Below, one piece after another: positions 50,274 through 57,329 of a stretch of DNA of 64,000 nucleotides. Under the pieces are notes generated by a model. The model saw only the letters and a list, made by a program, of their open reading frames with translations. It was not told the origin of the DNA and made no database searches. How positions within the stretch are numbered: the first letter of the stretch is position 1; the number at the start of each line of letters is the position of its first letter. The position numbers and the translations under genes are program-made. The DNA comes from a phage, in NCBI GenBank assembly GCA_017676145.1, contig GCA_017676145.1_3628.1, one strand, 5' to 3'.

Positions 50274-50668
50274 CTACCCTCCTGATTAATGCTCTCGTTA
50301 TAGATATCTATAAGCTGGTCAGGTAGTGTTGACTTCTTACCTTCAGGTGATTGGAGGTAGATAATCTGCTTTTCTTTACCTGCCTTCTCAGCCATATTTA
50401 ATTTATCCTGTAAGTCAGAAAGAGATTTTTCAAGGTTTTTAACCTCCTCTGCGTGGCCCATTTTAATTTTGTCGGCCTGCTTTTGTTGTTGGTCAAGGAT
50501 CCGTTCCCACTTTAACTCTGTTGCTGACACACCTTCCTGATAAGCATCATTGAGCTTAGAGTTAAACCAATACACGGCCCCAAGATAAGTCATGCCTATA
50601 GCCGCTGCAAAAACTAAACCTTTTATGATCCCTCTGTATTTACTCATCAATGTTAAAACTGAAATCAT
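50270..50668 (-). CDS. i-spanin (Rz-like)
   Basis: N-terminal transmembrane helix (GLVFAAAIGMTYLGAVYWF) then coiled-coil charged region; followed by the lipoprotein gene. Confidence 0.6.
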   Translation of the reverse strand: MISVLTLMSKYRGIIKGLVFAAAIGMTYLGAVYWFNSKLNDAYQEGVSATELKWERILDQQQKQADKIKMGHAEEVKNLEKSLSDLQDKLNMAEKAGKEKQIIYLQSPEGKKSTLPDQLIDIYNESINQEGR

Positions 50669-50685
50669 TTTAAGGCTCCAGAAAC

Positions 50686-50717
50686 GAAAAAACCCCGCAG
50701 CTATGCAGCTAACGGGG
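50686..50717 (-). terminator. rho-independent terminator
   Basis: On minus strand CCCCG...CGGGG hairpin followed by TTTTTTCGTTT, between the 89-aa gene and the spanin gene. Confidence 0.55.
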
Positions 50718-50773
50718 CGGGTTAAAATTGAGTAACCTAAATAGATCGAAACTAACTAAAAGGAGACTAATAC

Positions 50774-51043
50774 TTATCGAGGCACTCGGTGGATGATTCT
50801 GACAGTAACTGCATTCTCATTCATCAAGTATGCATCCACATCTCTGTAAATATAAAACTTCTGCTCGCTATCAACAACACAAGCCACTGCCCCTTCAGAG
50901 TTGTCTTCAAAGAAGACCACAACTGCATCGCAGCTTAGTTCATGATACGACTCTCGAAGATTTACAGCAAGAGGGTTGAAATCGTCACGAAAATCTACAG
51001 TATGGGTTGGATTTACACGTTCTACAATTTTAAGTGTATACAT
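50774..51043 (-). CDS. hypothetical protein (89 aa)
   Basis: ORF downstream of tRNA array with AAGGAA RBS. Confidence 0.45.
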   Translation of the reverse strand: MYTLKIVERVNPTHTVDFRDDFNPLAVNLRESYHELSCDAVVVFFEDNSEGAVACVVDSEQKFYIYRDVDAYLMNENAVTVRIIHRVPR

Positions 51044-51089
51044 TTTAAAGGTTCCTTTTGTGTGTATATATTTAAAGTATAACTAAAGG

Positions 51090-51166
51090 TGGTCTCCACG
51101 GAGTGATTCGAACACTCGACCTCCTGATCCCAAATCAGGCGCTCTACCAAGCTGAGCTACGCGGAG
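51090..51166 (-). tRNA. tRNA-Pro (anticodon UGG)
   Basis: Manual cloverleaf: acceptor CTCCGCG/CGTGGAG (C1-G72), D-arm GCTC/GAGC, anticodon loop TTTGGGA, T-arm GAGTG-TTCGAAT-CACTC, encoded CCA. Confidence 0.8.
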
Positions 51167-51177
51167 TATTTATAATT

Positions 51178-51252
51178 TGGTGGCCCTGGGTGGAATTGAA
51201 CCACCGTCTGGCGATTATGAGTCGCTTGCTTGAACCTTCCAGCTACAGGGCC
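51178..51252 (-). tRNA. tRNA-Met (anticodon CAU; elongator Met or Ile2 type cannot be distinguished)
   Basis: Manual fold: acceptor GGCCCTG/CAGGGCC, anticodon loop CTCATAA, T-arm GGTGG-TTCAATT-CCACC, encoded CCA. Confidence 0.75.
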
Positions 51253-51253
51253 A

Positions 51254-51329
51254 TGGTGCTGATGGCAGGACTTGAACCTGCAACCTATTGATTACAAATC
51301 AATTGCACTACCGATTGTGCTACATCAGC
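51254..51329 (-). tRNA. tRNA-Thr (anticodon UGU)
   Basis: Manual fold: acceptor GCTGATG/CATCAGC, D-arm GCAC/GTGC, anticodon stem ATTGA/TCAAT with loop TTTGTAA, T-arm GCAGG-TTCAAGT-CCTGC, encoded CCA. Confidence 0.8.
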
Positions 51330-51335
51330 AAAAAG

Positions 51336-51440
51336 GTGCTAGGTGATGGAATCGAACCACCTATGTATTCAACGACTACCTCGTCTATTTTCAGGATTAA
51401 AAATCCTCGCCCTTGCCAAAGGGCTTACCTAGCGCAATAT
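51336..51440 (-). ncRNA. tRNA-like element, non-canonical (pseudo-tRNA or small stable RNA)
   Basis: Has 7-bp acceptor-like stem GCTAGGT/ACCTAGC, D-like arm GCCC/GGGC and T-arm GGTGG-TTCGATT-CCATC, but no 7-nt anticodon loop and ~30 nt extra between anticodon-like and T arms; CCA not fully encoded. Confidence 0.35.
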
Positions 51441-51531
51441 GTTGACCATGTGGCTAGTCGGCGATGACGACTGTAACATTTGATAATCCGGTTCTGCTTC
51501 CGGCTTTCGCTTAATTACAAGGTCAACAATG

Positions 51532-51622
51532 TGGCGGAGAGTAATGGAATCGAACCATCATCGAGTCATCCTCAACGGGACGGTTTTCAAGACCGCTTGA
51601 GCACCATTGCTCCCTACCCTCC
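51532..51622 (-). tRNA. tRNA-Ser (anticodon UGA), type II with long variable arm
   Basis: Acceptor GGAGGGT/ACTCTCC, anticodon arm GCGGT-CTTGAAA-ACCGT nearly identical to E. coli tRNA-Ser(UGA) as recalled, ~20-nt variable arm, discriminator G, encoded CCA. Confidence 0.75.
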
Positions 51623-51736
51623 TTTATAAATTACACTGATAATGACACTGATTTTCGAGCAGTTAGTGACTAGTATAAACGACGATAAATATCAATGCCA
51701 TTATCTGTATGATTTATGCATTTAAAAATATAAATT

Positions 51737-51824
51737 TGGTGGTGAGTGATGGAGTCGAACCACCCGAATCGCAATGATAACAGATTTACAGTCTGCCCCG
51801 CTACCCCTACGGAATTAACTCACC
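51737..51824 (-). tRNA. tRNA-Tyr (anticodon GUA), type II
   Basis: Acceptor GGTGAGT/ACTCACC, anticodon stem CAGA/TCTG with loop CTGTAAA, long variable arm, T-arm GGTGG-TTCGACT-CCATC, encoded CCA. Confidence 0.75.
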
Positions 51825-51954
51825 TAAATACTAATATTTAAATTCTTTTTAAAATAGCTAGTGTTCTCACCACTAACTATGAGGTATCGGTAAAGTGGTT
51901 ACCGCCACTTGCCGAAGATTTACTCTGCTAAAGTAAGCTACATTAAAAAGAACT

Positions 51955-52029
51955 TGGCACCCCGTACTGGACTCGAACCAGTGTCAACGGCTTAGAAGGC
52001 CGCTGCTTTATCCACTAAGCTAACAGGGC
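51955..52029 (-). tRNA. tRNA-Arg (anticodon UCU)
   Basis: Acceptor GCCCTGT/ACGGGGT (two G-U pairs), D-arm GCTT/AAGC, anticodon stem GCGGC/GCCGT with loop CTTCTAA, T-arm ACTGG-TTCGAGT-CCAGT, encoded CCA. Confidence 0.7.
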
Positions 52030-52087
52030 ACTGGGTGGCTTTCTTTTACACCTGAGCCGCCAGAAAAGGTGGGAGACCATGTTTACA

Positions 52088-52116
52088 ATATTACACTGTT
52101 AAGCAAAGTTTGTCAA
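52088..52116 (-). promoter_or_regulatory. sigma70-like promoter for the tRNA array (TTGACA-17-TAATAT)
   Basis: On minus strand TTGACAaactttgcttaacagtgTAATAT, ~55 nt upstream of the first tRNA 5' end. Confidence 0.55.
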
Positions 52117-52125
52117 GAAAATATT

Positions 52126-52464
52126 TTAACTATTGCCAACAGGCTGTATCTCTGTGGTAAATGGCATAAAAGGTGCTGGTTTTTCAGCCTCTTCTACTAC
52201 CACCTCTTCCTCTTCACCAAACATCTCATCATATTCTTCCTGCATTCGGTCTGCCTTATCAAGGACATACTCTGCAATGCTTTGACGAATATTTTGCTTG
52301 GTTTTCGGATCCAACATCAGCTCTCTTAAAACTTTGTGAGCTTCTGGAACCATCGCTATAAAAGATTCCTTCATATCAAGAATGTTCTTCTCTAGCTGAA
52401 TGGCGTTGGACTCCTCTTTCAGAGGTCTGCCTCTACGGCGACGCTTTTTAGTTGTATCCGCCAT
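52126..52464 (-). CDS. basic/acidic bipartite protein with AT-hook-like KKRRRRGRP motif (112 aa)
   Basis: ATG at 52464 with GGAGG RBS preferred over the listed 52584 start; highly acidic C-terminus; directly upstream of the tRNA array. Confidence 0.5.
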   Translation of the reverse strand: MADTTKKRRRRGRPLKEESNAIQLEKNILDMKESFIAMVPEAHKVLRELMLDPKTKQNIRQSIAEYVLDKADRMQEEYDEMFGEEEEVVVEEAEKPAPFMPFTTEIQPVGNS

Positions 52465-52492
52465 GTTTCCTCCATTATCACGTGATAGGTGG

Positions 52493-52521
52493 ATTTTATC
52501 ACGGCAAATACTGATTGTCAA
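52493..52521 (-). promoter_or_regulatory. sigma70-like promoter (TTGACA-17-TAAAAT) with downstream 12-bp perfect palindrome
   Basis: On minus strand TTGACAatcagtatttgccgtgaTAAAAT; palindrome TATCACGTGATA (52476-52487) lies between the -10 and the RBS. Confidence 0.55.
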
Positions 52522-52809
52522 GTTCGCCGCAGGGTGGTATTCCCTGCGACTTGCCCAGCGTCCTGGACCAGAAAGACCCAACAAGTGGGTTACCAGAGAC
52601 CCATTACCGCGCTTTGGCTCGACCTTATTACAGGTTGGCTGGGGTCACATCGTCATGTGCTGGCTGCCCCTACCATTTTAAGTGTGGTGCACTATCAAGC
52701 CCTCTAAGGGGAACTCAGCATTCTCCGAACCCTGTTTCAAAGCATCCGGAGATAAAGCCATCAAACTCATCTTTAAATTGGATATTCATCATGATACACG
52801 AAAACAACC

Positions 52810-53052
52810 TCATTGTAAAGCACAAATAAATAAAACATACTTAATTTGTTTGTTATCGGGCTCAGGGTAGAAGTAGAAGATCTTGCTATCACCAATCTGA
52901 ACACCACCATCCCAACAACATAAACCATAACCCGTATTCATACAAGCTAAGTCGTTGGCAAAATCTATTGCATCATCTAGTGCACGAAATTCACCTTCAT
53001 CTTCTAAATAATCCTCATTCATGGAACGGAAAACGAGCTTAACCTTAAACAT
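52810..53052 (-). CDS. hypothetical protein (80 aa)
   Basis: Co-oriented small ORF. Confidence 0.4.
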   Translation of the reverse strand: MFKVKLVFRSMNEDYLEDEGEFRALDDAIDFANDLACMNTGYGLCCWDGGVQIGDSKIFYFYPEPDNKQIKYVLFICALQ

Positions 53053-53128
53053 AGCATTACCTGTAGACCTCGTAAGTTAAAATTGTATCACATCATATTG
53101 CAGATCTTATCAGGTAACATTATTTTTG

Positions 53129-53317
53129 TCAACAGATTCCGGCCTTATCCCTCCTGTCTGCGTATTCTTTAATCGCAACCTCACCTGCATTGGTAACCAG
53201 ATCTTCAAAGTAATTCTCAAGCTCCTCGTCAATGTCCGGTGACCAGCTCTTTTTCCTGTCAGTGTGAATTGCAGACTTGTTGAACTTATTACAGTTCTTT
53301 GCTACCGGATTGTTCAT
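53129..53317 (-). CDS. hypothetical protein (62 aa)
   Basis: Co-oriented small ORF, acidic. Confidence 0.35.
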   Translation of the reverse strand: MNNPVAKNCNKFNKSAIHTDRKKSWSPDIDEELENYFEDLVTNAGEVAIKEYADRRDKAGIC

Positions 53318-53327
53318 TAAGCTCTCC

Positions 53328-53906
53328 TCAACGTTCGTAGTAAATCTTATTCAACATTACCTCATCGTTTGCAGAAAGGATATCAAGATATGCATCACCA
53401 AATCTGCCTGCAACAACCTCTGCATGATACATCACTTCGTCAACATCGTCAAGAGTGATAACCGGATGACCATATCTTTCTGAATATTGCCTCAGGGTGC
53501 GATGTAACGAGTCGTCATCATATGCAGACTTTTTAATATCACAAACACGACGAATGGCCTTGATGTCGAAAAAACCTGTGCGATACCACCCAAGAAAAAA
53601 GTTCCGTGTGGTGTCAACATCTACATCAATACCATCAAGAACTTTATCTACAAGATAGCTGTCATCCTTTGGACCAGCGTCCTTAGTGCGAATGTAGTTG
53701 CCATCTTTTCCAGGCGATAGCTCCTTCTCATCACCAACCTGCATGCCATCATTTGGCGGTGTTAGCCACTTATCCGGATGCTTACGATCACGAGCGTTAG
53801 AATGATTACGCTGGAAACCTGGCTTCCACTTGAAAGTTTTCTCCATCTGTTCTTCATTCTGATAACGTTTTGCAATCTTTTCGCGGTCATCTTTGCGTGA
53901 ACTCAT
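53328..53906 (-). CDS. hypothetical protein (192 aa)
   Basis: ORF with strong RBS (gaagaggagg) immediately upstream of the ATG; charged, no recognised motif. Confidence 0.5.
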   Translation of the reverse strand: MSSRKDDREKIAKRYQNEEQMEKTFKWKPGFQRNHSNARDRKHPDKWLTPPNDGMQVGDEKELSPGKDGNYIRTKDAGPKDDSYLVDKVLDGIDVDVDTTRNFFLGWYRTGFFDIKAIRRVCDIKKSAYDDDSLHRTLRQYSERYGHPVITLDDVDEVMYHAEVVAGRFGDAYLDILSANDEVMLNKIYYER

Positions 53907-54410
53907 AACTGCCTCCTCTTCAAGTTATAGAAAAACTCACTGTATCGCTTTGTAACGAGCTTTTCTATCAAACTGGTGCGATTGCCTTACTTGGTATAGT
54001 TTACGCAGCTGTGTGGCGATTTAGGGGCCTTCCTGTCCGTTTCCACACATAAACTTTAACTAAACTCGCGCGGGAGGCTCTCAACCGACTCCTTACGGCG
54101 CTGGCAAGCTTTCGTCGGTGGTCCACATTAGTGCTCGGCCTTTGGCCTGCGCTATCGCTTCGCTCCCACACATGTTAACAGTCCTGCATGTATGCACTCC
54201 TGTCATTGTGTGCACTATGGAGGCCCGGCATCTCGCCCCTCGTAGGCGAGTGCCAATGAAGGGCCGACACTACCAATAGTAAGTAATAAATTTAAAACAT
54301 GGTACTTAGGATCTAGTATATTCTACATAAGTTAAGTATATGTACTTTAGTACCATAAGTACTAGATCTTTTATTTTTTATTATTTAGTTATTTTAGTTA
54401 TATTCTTTAT

Positions 54411-54496
54411 GTGTCCGTATTGCGGACAGTTAGTGTCCGTATTACGGGCAGATGTGTCCGCGTGACGGACAGTAGTGTCCGTATCACGGACAGTTA
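54411..54496. repeat. array of four tandem ~21-22 bp repeats, each an imperfect palindrome TGTCCG-N5-CGGACA (iteron/operator-like)
   Basis: GTGTCCGTATTGCGGACAGTTA / GTGTCCGTATTACGGGCAGAT / GTGTCCGCGTGACGGACAGTA / GTGTCCGTATCACGGACAGTTA; roughly two-helical-turn spacing; adjacent to a ~120-bp AT-rich tract (54290-54410). Confidence 0.7.
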
Positions 54497-54567
54497 CTAC
54501 CCTCTGCTCTTGGATGGACATAAAACATACGAATCCTTATAGTGCAGATATTTAAGTTTTCACTGGT

Positions 54568-54918
54568 CTAACCAGTTGTTGACATTCGAATAACCTCTTC
54601 TGGTGGCAAAACTTTGGAAAATGTGCATCTTTTACCTCTCCCTTGTGTGGATATTTCAACCACTCCTGCACATTCTAAAGTTTTAACGCACGCTGCTGCT
54701 TTTGTTTTCTTTATCCCAACATCTGCTGCAATTTTCCTTGTGCTGGGTGTGAAGCGTGAATTTCCTCCAAGCTTATACCAGTTGTGCAGGTAGCAGTATA
54801 CGATCTTGTCATACAAGTCAAGAACAACAACCTCCCCGGTTGTGTCATTCAAAACTTTTGACATAGACAGTATTTCAAGGGGGACTTTAAGATATAGCAG
54901 CTTATCCCCATCTTTCAT
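54568..54918 (-). CDS. small putative DNA-binding protein (HTH-like, 116 aa; assigned from sequence appearance only)
   Basis: Segment STRKIAADVGIKKTKAAACVKTLECAGVV reads as a helix-turn-helix recognition region; gene ends ~70 bp from the repeat array. Confidence 0.45.
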   Translation of the reverse strand: MKDGDKLLYLKVPLEILSMSKVLNDTTGEVVVLDLYDKIVYCYLHNWYKLGGNSRFTPSTRKIAADVGIKKTKAAACVKTLECAGVVEISTQGRGKRCTFSKVLPPEEVIRMSTTG

Positions 54919-54965
54919 ATCTCCTGATTCTCCTTGTGTGGCAATTTTCTTTAAAATAGCAGGGA

Positions 54966-55520
54966 TTACTCCCCGCTGTCAATAGCAAGACTCATTGCAA
55001 TACGGTATGCCTCTTCTAATGGTAAGAGTCTCCCCCACACATCCCAACCGACATCAAACTGCCTGCCAAACAACTGTTGCGTGGTTCCGTGAGCATGACC
55101 GAACAGTTGGACTGATCCGTGATGCTTTCTGTTCCACGTTGCAAACTGGTAATGACTCATACAGATCAAATTCTTGTTGTGGCGAAACTCGTAATAATCT
55201 ACAACCTCATGATAGAACTCTTTCATAATTCTGACAGTCGTCCTTGTGTCATGGTTGCCACGAACAAGAATAATATGTCCGTTCAACATATTTAGAATAT
55301 CTGGAAGTAAGTTGTTGATATTCTTATCATTAGTGCACGCAATATCCCCCAAGTGGAACACAGTGTCTGCAGGTGACACAACAGAGTTCCACTCGGTGAT
55401 GATTCCAGCATTCATACTGTCAAGATTGTGATCATACTGAGATCTGTGTTTTTGACACGAGTCAAACTCCATGACCCGCTGGTGGAGAAAGTGTGTGTCA
55501 CTTGTTACAAAGTATTTCAT
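54966..55520 (-). CDS. calcineurin-like metallophosphoesterase (phosphatase)
   Basis: Internal start MKYFVTSDTHF preferred over the listed 55625; motifs D-x-H (SDTHF), GD (LGDIA), GNHD, GHAH typical of the metallophosphoesterase fold. Confidence 0.65.
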   Translation of the reverse strand: MKYFVTSDTHFLHQRVMEFDSCQKHRSQYDHNLDSMNAGIITEWNSVVSPADTVFHLGDIACTNDKNINNLLPDILNMLNGHIILVRGNHDTRTTVRIMKEFYHEVVDYYEFRHNKNLICMSHYQFATWNRKHHGSVQLFGHAHGTTQQLFGRQFDVGWDVWGRLLPLEEAYRIAMSLAIDSGE

Positions 55521-55527
55521 ACATTCC

Positions 55528-55938
55528 TCATTTAAGTTTAATGCAGTTTTTAAGCTGGCGTTCCATACGATCCACGACCATGTCTGGAACATCATGAATG
55601 CTTTTATTACCGTGGCGGTTTTCAACCACGATTACGGTATAACTATACCCATGACTGATTGCCATGTCAACATATTCTTGCACATGTTTTTCTTTTGTAA
55701 ACGTATTACTTACCACGATACGGTCGTATCCCATACGCATCATATCTTCTACGTTATCTTTGCACCATTTTGCTGCAAGTGTTACTTTACTTGCATCCCA
55801 GTTGTAATTGCCGTCATCGTCGTACCAGAACATGTCGTTCTCAAAATGTGGATACAGACCTTCTAAAGATAGCGCATTTGCCAGTGTTGATTTGCCAGAC
55901 CCTGGTAGACCACGCACGATATATAGCATTTTAGACAT
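55528..55938 (-). CDS. P-loop polynucleotide 5'-kinase-like protein (T4 Pnk kinase-domain-like)
   Basis: ATG at 55938 with GGAGG RBS preferred over the listed 56094; LPGSGKST Walker A, ENDMF Asp, VVSNTF and VPDMVVDRMERQ blocks parallel T4 Pnk kinase motifs recalled from memory. Confidence 0.6.
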   Translation of the reverse strand: MSKMLYIVRGLPGSGKSTLANALSLEGLYPHFENDMFWYDDDGNYNWDASKVTLAAKWCKDNVEDMMRMGYDRIVVSNTFTKEKHVQEYVDMAISHGYSYTVIVVENRHGNKSIHDVPDMVVDRMERQLKNCIKLK

Positions 55939-55966
55939 AGCGGCCCTCCGTTTTAATTTTAATGAT

Positions 55967-55995
55967 AGTATAGCGTGCTCTTTTGAACATTTCAA
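55967..55995 (-). promoter_or_regulatory. candidate promoter (TTGAAA-17-TATACT) in divergent control region
   Basis: On minus strand TTGAAAtgttcaaaagagcacgcTATACT upstream of the kinase gene; a plus-strand TTGACA (55998-56003) faces the RNA ligase gene. Confidence 0.4.
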
Positions 55996-56038
55996 GTGTT
56001 GACATGATGCTGTTTGTGTGGGAAGATTGTGGAACAAA

Positions 56039-56974
56039 ATGACAAATGAGGAACGTATGATGAAGTATTTTAATGCAGACGACCTAGTTGACAAAGGTCT
56101 TGTAACCAGCAGATATTACCCAGATCTTGGATTAAAGATCTATAAATATGCCAGAAAAGTATTTTACAACAATTTATGGCATTTGTCTCCTCGTTTGCTG
56201 GAGTGCCGGGGAATTGTTGTCGGTAATGAAGGAAATGTTGTGGCATGGCCCTTCACAAAAGTGTTTAACTTGGGAGAAAACTCCACCAACCTGCCTGACA
56301 ATAAGCTTGTGACGGCGGTAGAGAAAAAGAACGGATTCCTTGGTGTGGTATCATCTCATAAAGGTGAACTATTGTTCTCAACAACCGGATCTCTTGATTC
56401 TCCATATTGTAACCTCGCAAAGGAAACCATCCAGGAGCAATGTGGTAATTTAGATCTTATCAAGAAGGTTATGGGCAAAGAAAACATGACATTCATGTTT
56501 GAAATTTGTCACCCTTCAGATCCGCATATTGTTCAGGAAGATCATGGCGCATATTTGATAGGCTGCAGATATAATGATTCTGGAATAATGCTACCAGAAG
56601 CAGCTTTAGATGGGATTGCCAAACACCTTGGTGCAAAACGTCCTCACACTGTGCGTGAAATTCCGTTCAGCTATGCAAAAGAATTAGCTGCAGAAACAAG
56701 AGGTGAAGGGTATATGATTCGTAAGCCTTACTACCCTTATGACCTGCAGCTGAAGATCAAGTCTCCATACTATCTGGCACGGAAGGCCGTAATGAGGGGT
56801 AAGGCTTGGAAGATTTGGGATGATGATATCTTTAAACGTATTGACGAAGAGTTTTACGGCATGGTAAACTTCATTCGTAGCAATTACACAGAGGATGTGT
56901 GGAACTGCCTCCTGGAGCAGGAACGCCGTGAGATACTTGATTGCTATTTCCACAACGAGGACTATATGCAATGA
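56039..56974 (+). CDS. RNA ligase, T4 RnlA (Rnl1)-like
   Basis: Blocks LECRGIVV, KVFNLGENS, motif I VEKKNGF (K-x-N-G), motif IV EGYMIRK, motif V LKIKSPYY align with T4 Rnl1 as recalled; start may be the ATG at 56039 or 56057. Confidence 0.7.
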   Translation: MTNEERMMKYFNADDLVDKGLVTSRYYPDLGLKIYKYARKVFYNNLWHLSPRLLECRGIVVGNEGNVVAWPFTKVFNLGENSTNLPDNKLVTAVEKKNGFLGVVSSHKGELLFSTTGSLDSPYCNLAKETIQEQCGNLDLIKKVMGKENMTFMFEICHPSDPHIVQEDHGAYLIGCRYNDSGIMLPEAALDGIAKHLGAKRPHTVREIPFSYAKELAAETRGEGYMIRKPYYPYDLQLKIKSPYYLARKAVMRGKAWKIWDDDIFKRIDEEFYGMVNFIRSNYTEDVWNCLLEQERREILDCYFHNEDYMQ

Positions 56975-57321
56975 AGAAGTTGATTGTGTGGCTTGATGAT
57001 TTTAGAGATCCGTCAGATTATGGACTCCCAGACGCTCTGTGGCTAAAGAATTCTTCTGAGTTTATGGATTTCATCGATGACAAGGGAAAGCTATATAGAC
57101 GCGTTTCTGAGTGGCATTTTGACAGCGACTTGGGAGAAATTTTTGAAGGATACGATTGCTTCTGCATACTAGAGGAAAAATTTGTATTTGGTAAGCCTCC
57201 TGTAGTTGACAACGTGAAGATTTTCGTGCATACTTCTAACCCATCAGCGGCTCGTAAATTCATGCTTGCTGCTGACTCGTTTAAAAAGTTTGGAATAGAG
57301 ATTAAACAAAACATCTACTGA
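56971..57321 (+). CDS. hypothetical protein (116 aa)
   Basis: ATG at 56971 overlaps the ligase stop (ATGA); no motif recognised. Confidence 0.5.
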   Translation: MKKLIVWLDDFRDPSDYGLPDALWLKNSSEFMDFIDDKGKLYRRVSEWHFDSDLGEIFEGYDCFCILEEKFVFGKPPVVDNVKIFVHTSNPSAARKFMLAADSFKKFGIEIKQNIY

Positions 57322-57329
57322 GGACACTT

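Noticed and set aside
51336-51440. Canonical type II tRNA (Ser/Leu/Tyr-like) or Lys tRNA
   Set aside because: No 5-bp stem with 7-nt anticodon loop can be drawn and the region between anticodon-like and T arms is too long; kept only as a tRNA-like element.
51825-51954. Additional tRNA between tRNA-Tyr and tRNA-Arg
   Set aside because: AT-rich with one hairpin (AAGTGG...CCACTT) but no T-loop motif or acceptor pairing.
52400-52870. Plus-strand ORFs 52400..52681, 52489..52707, 52515..52829, 52682..52870 as genes
   Set aside because: They overlap one another in a region that carries a minus-strand promoter and leader; no RBS or motifs; the region is better explained as non-coding.
54411-54496. 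Possible CRISPR array (four tandem repeats)
   Set aside because: Repeats are directly adjacent with no spacers, only ~21 bp long and internally palindromic with varying centres; this fits iterons/operators, not CRISPR.
56684-56971. 95-aa minus-strand ORF
   Set aside because: Antisense to the RnlA-like RNA ligase gene, which has strong motif support.
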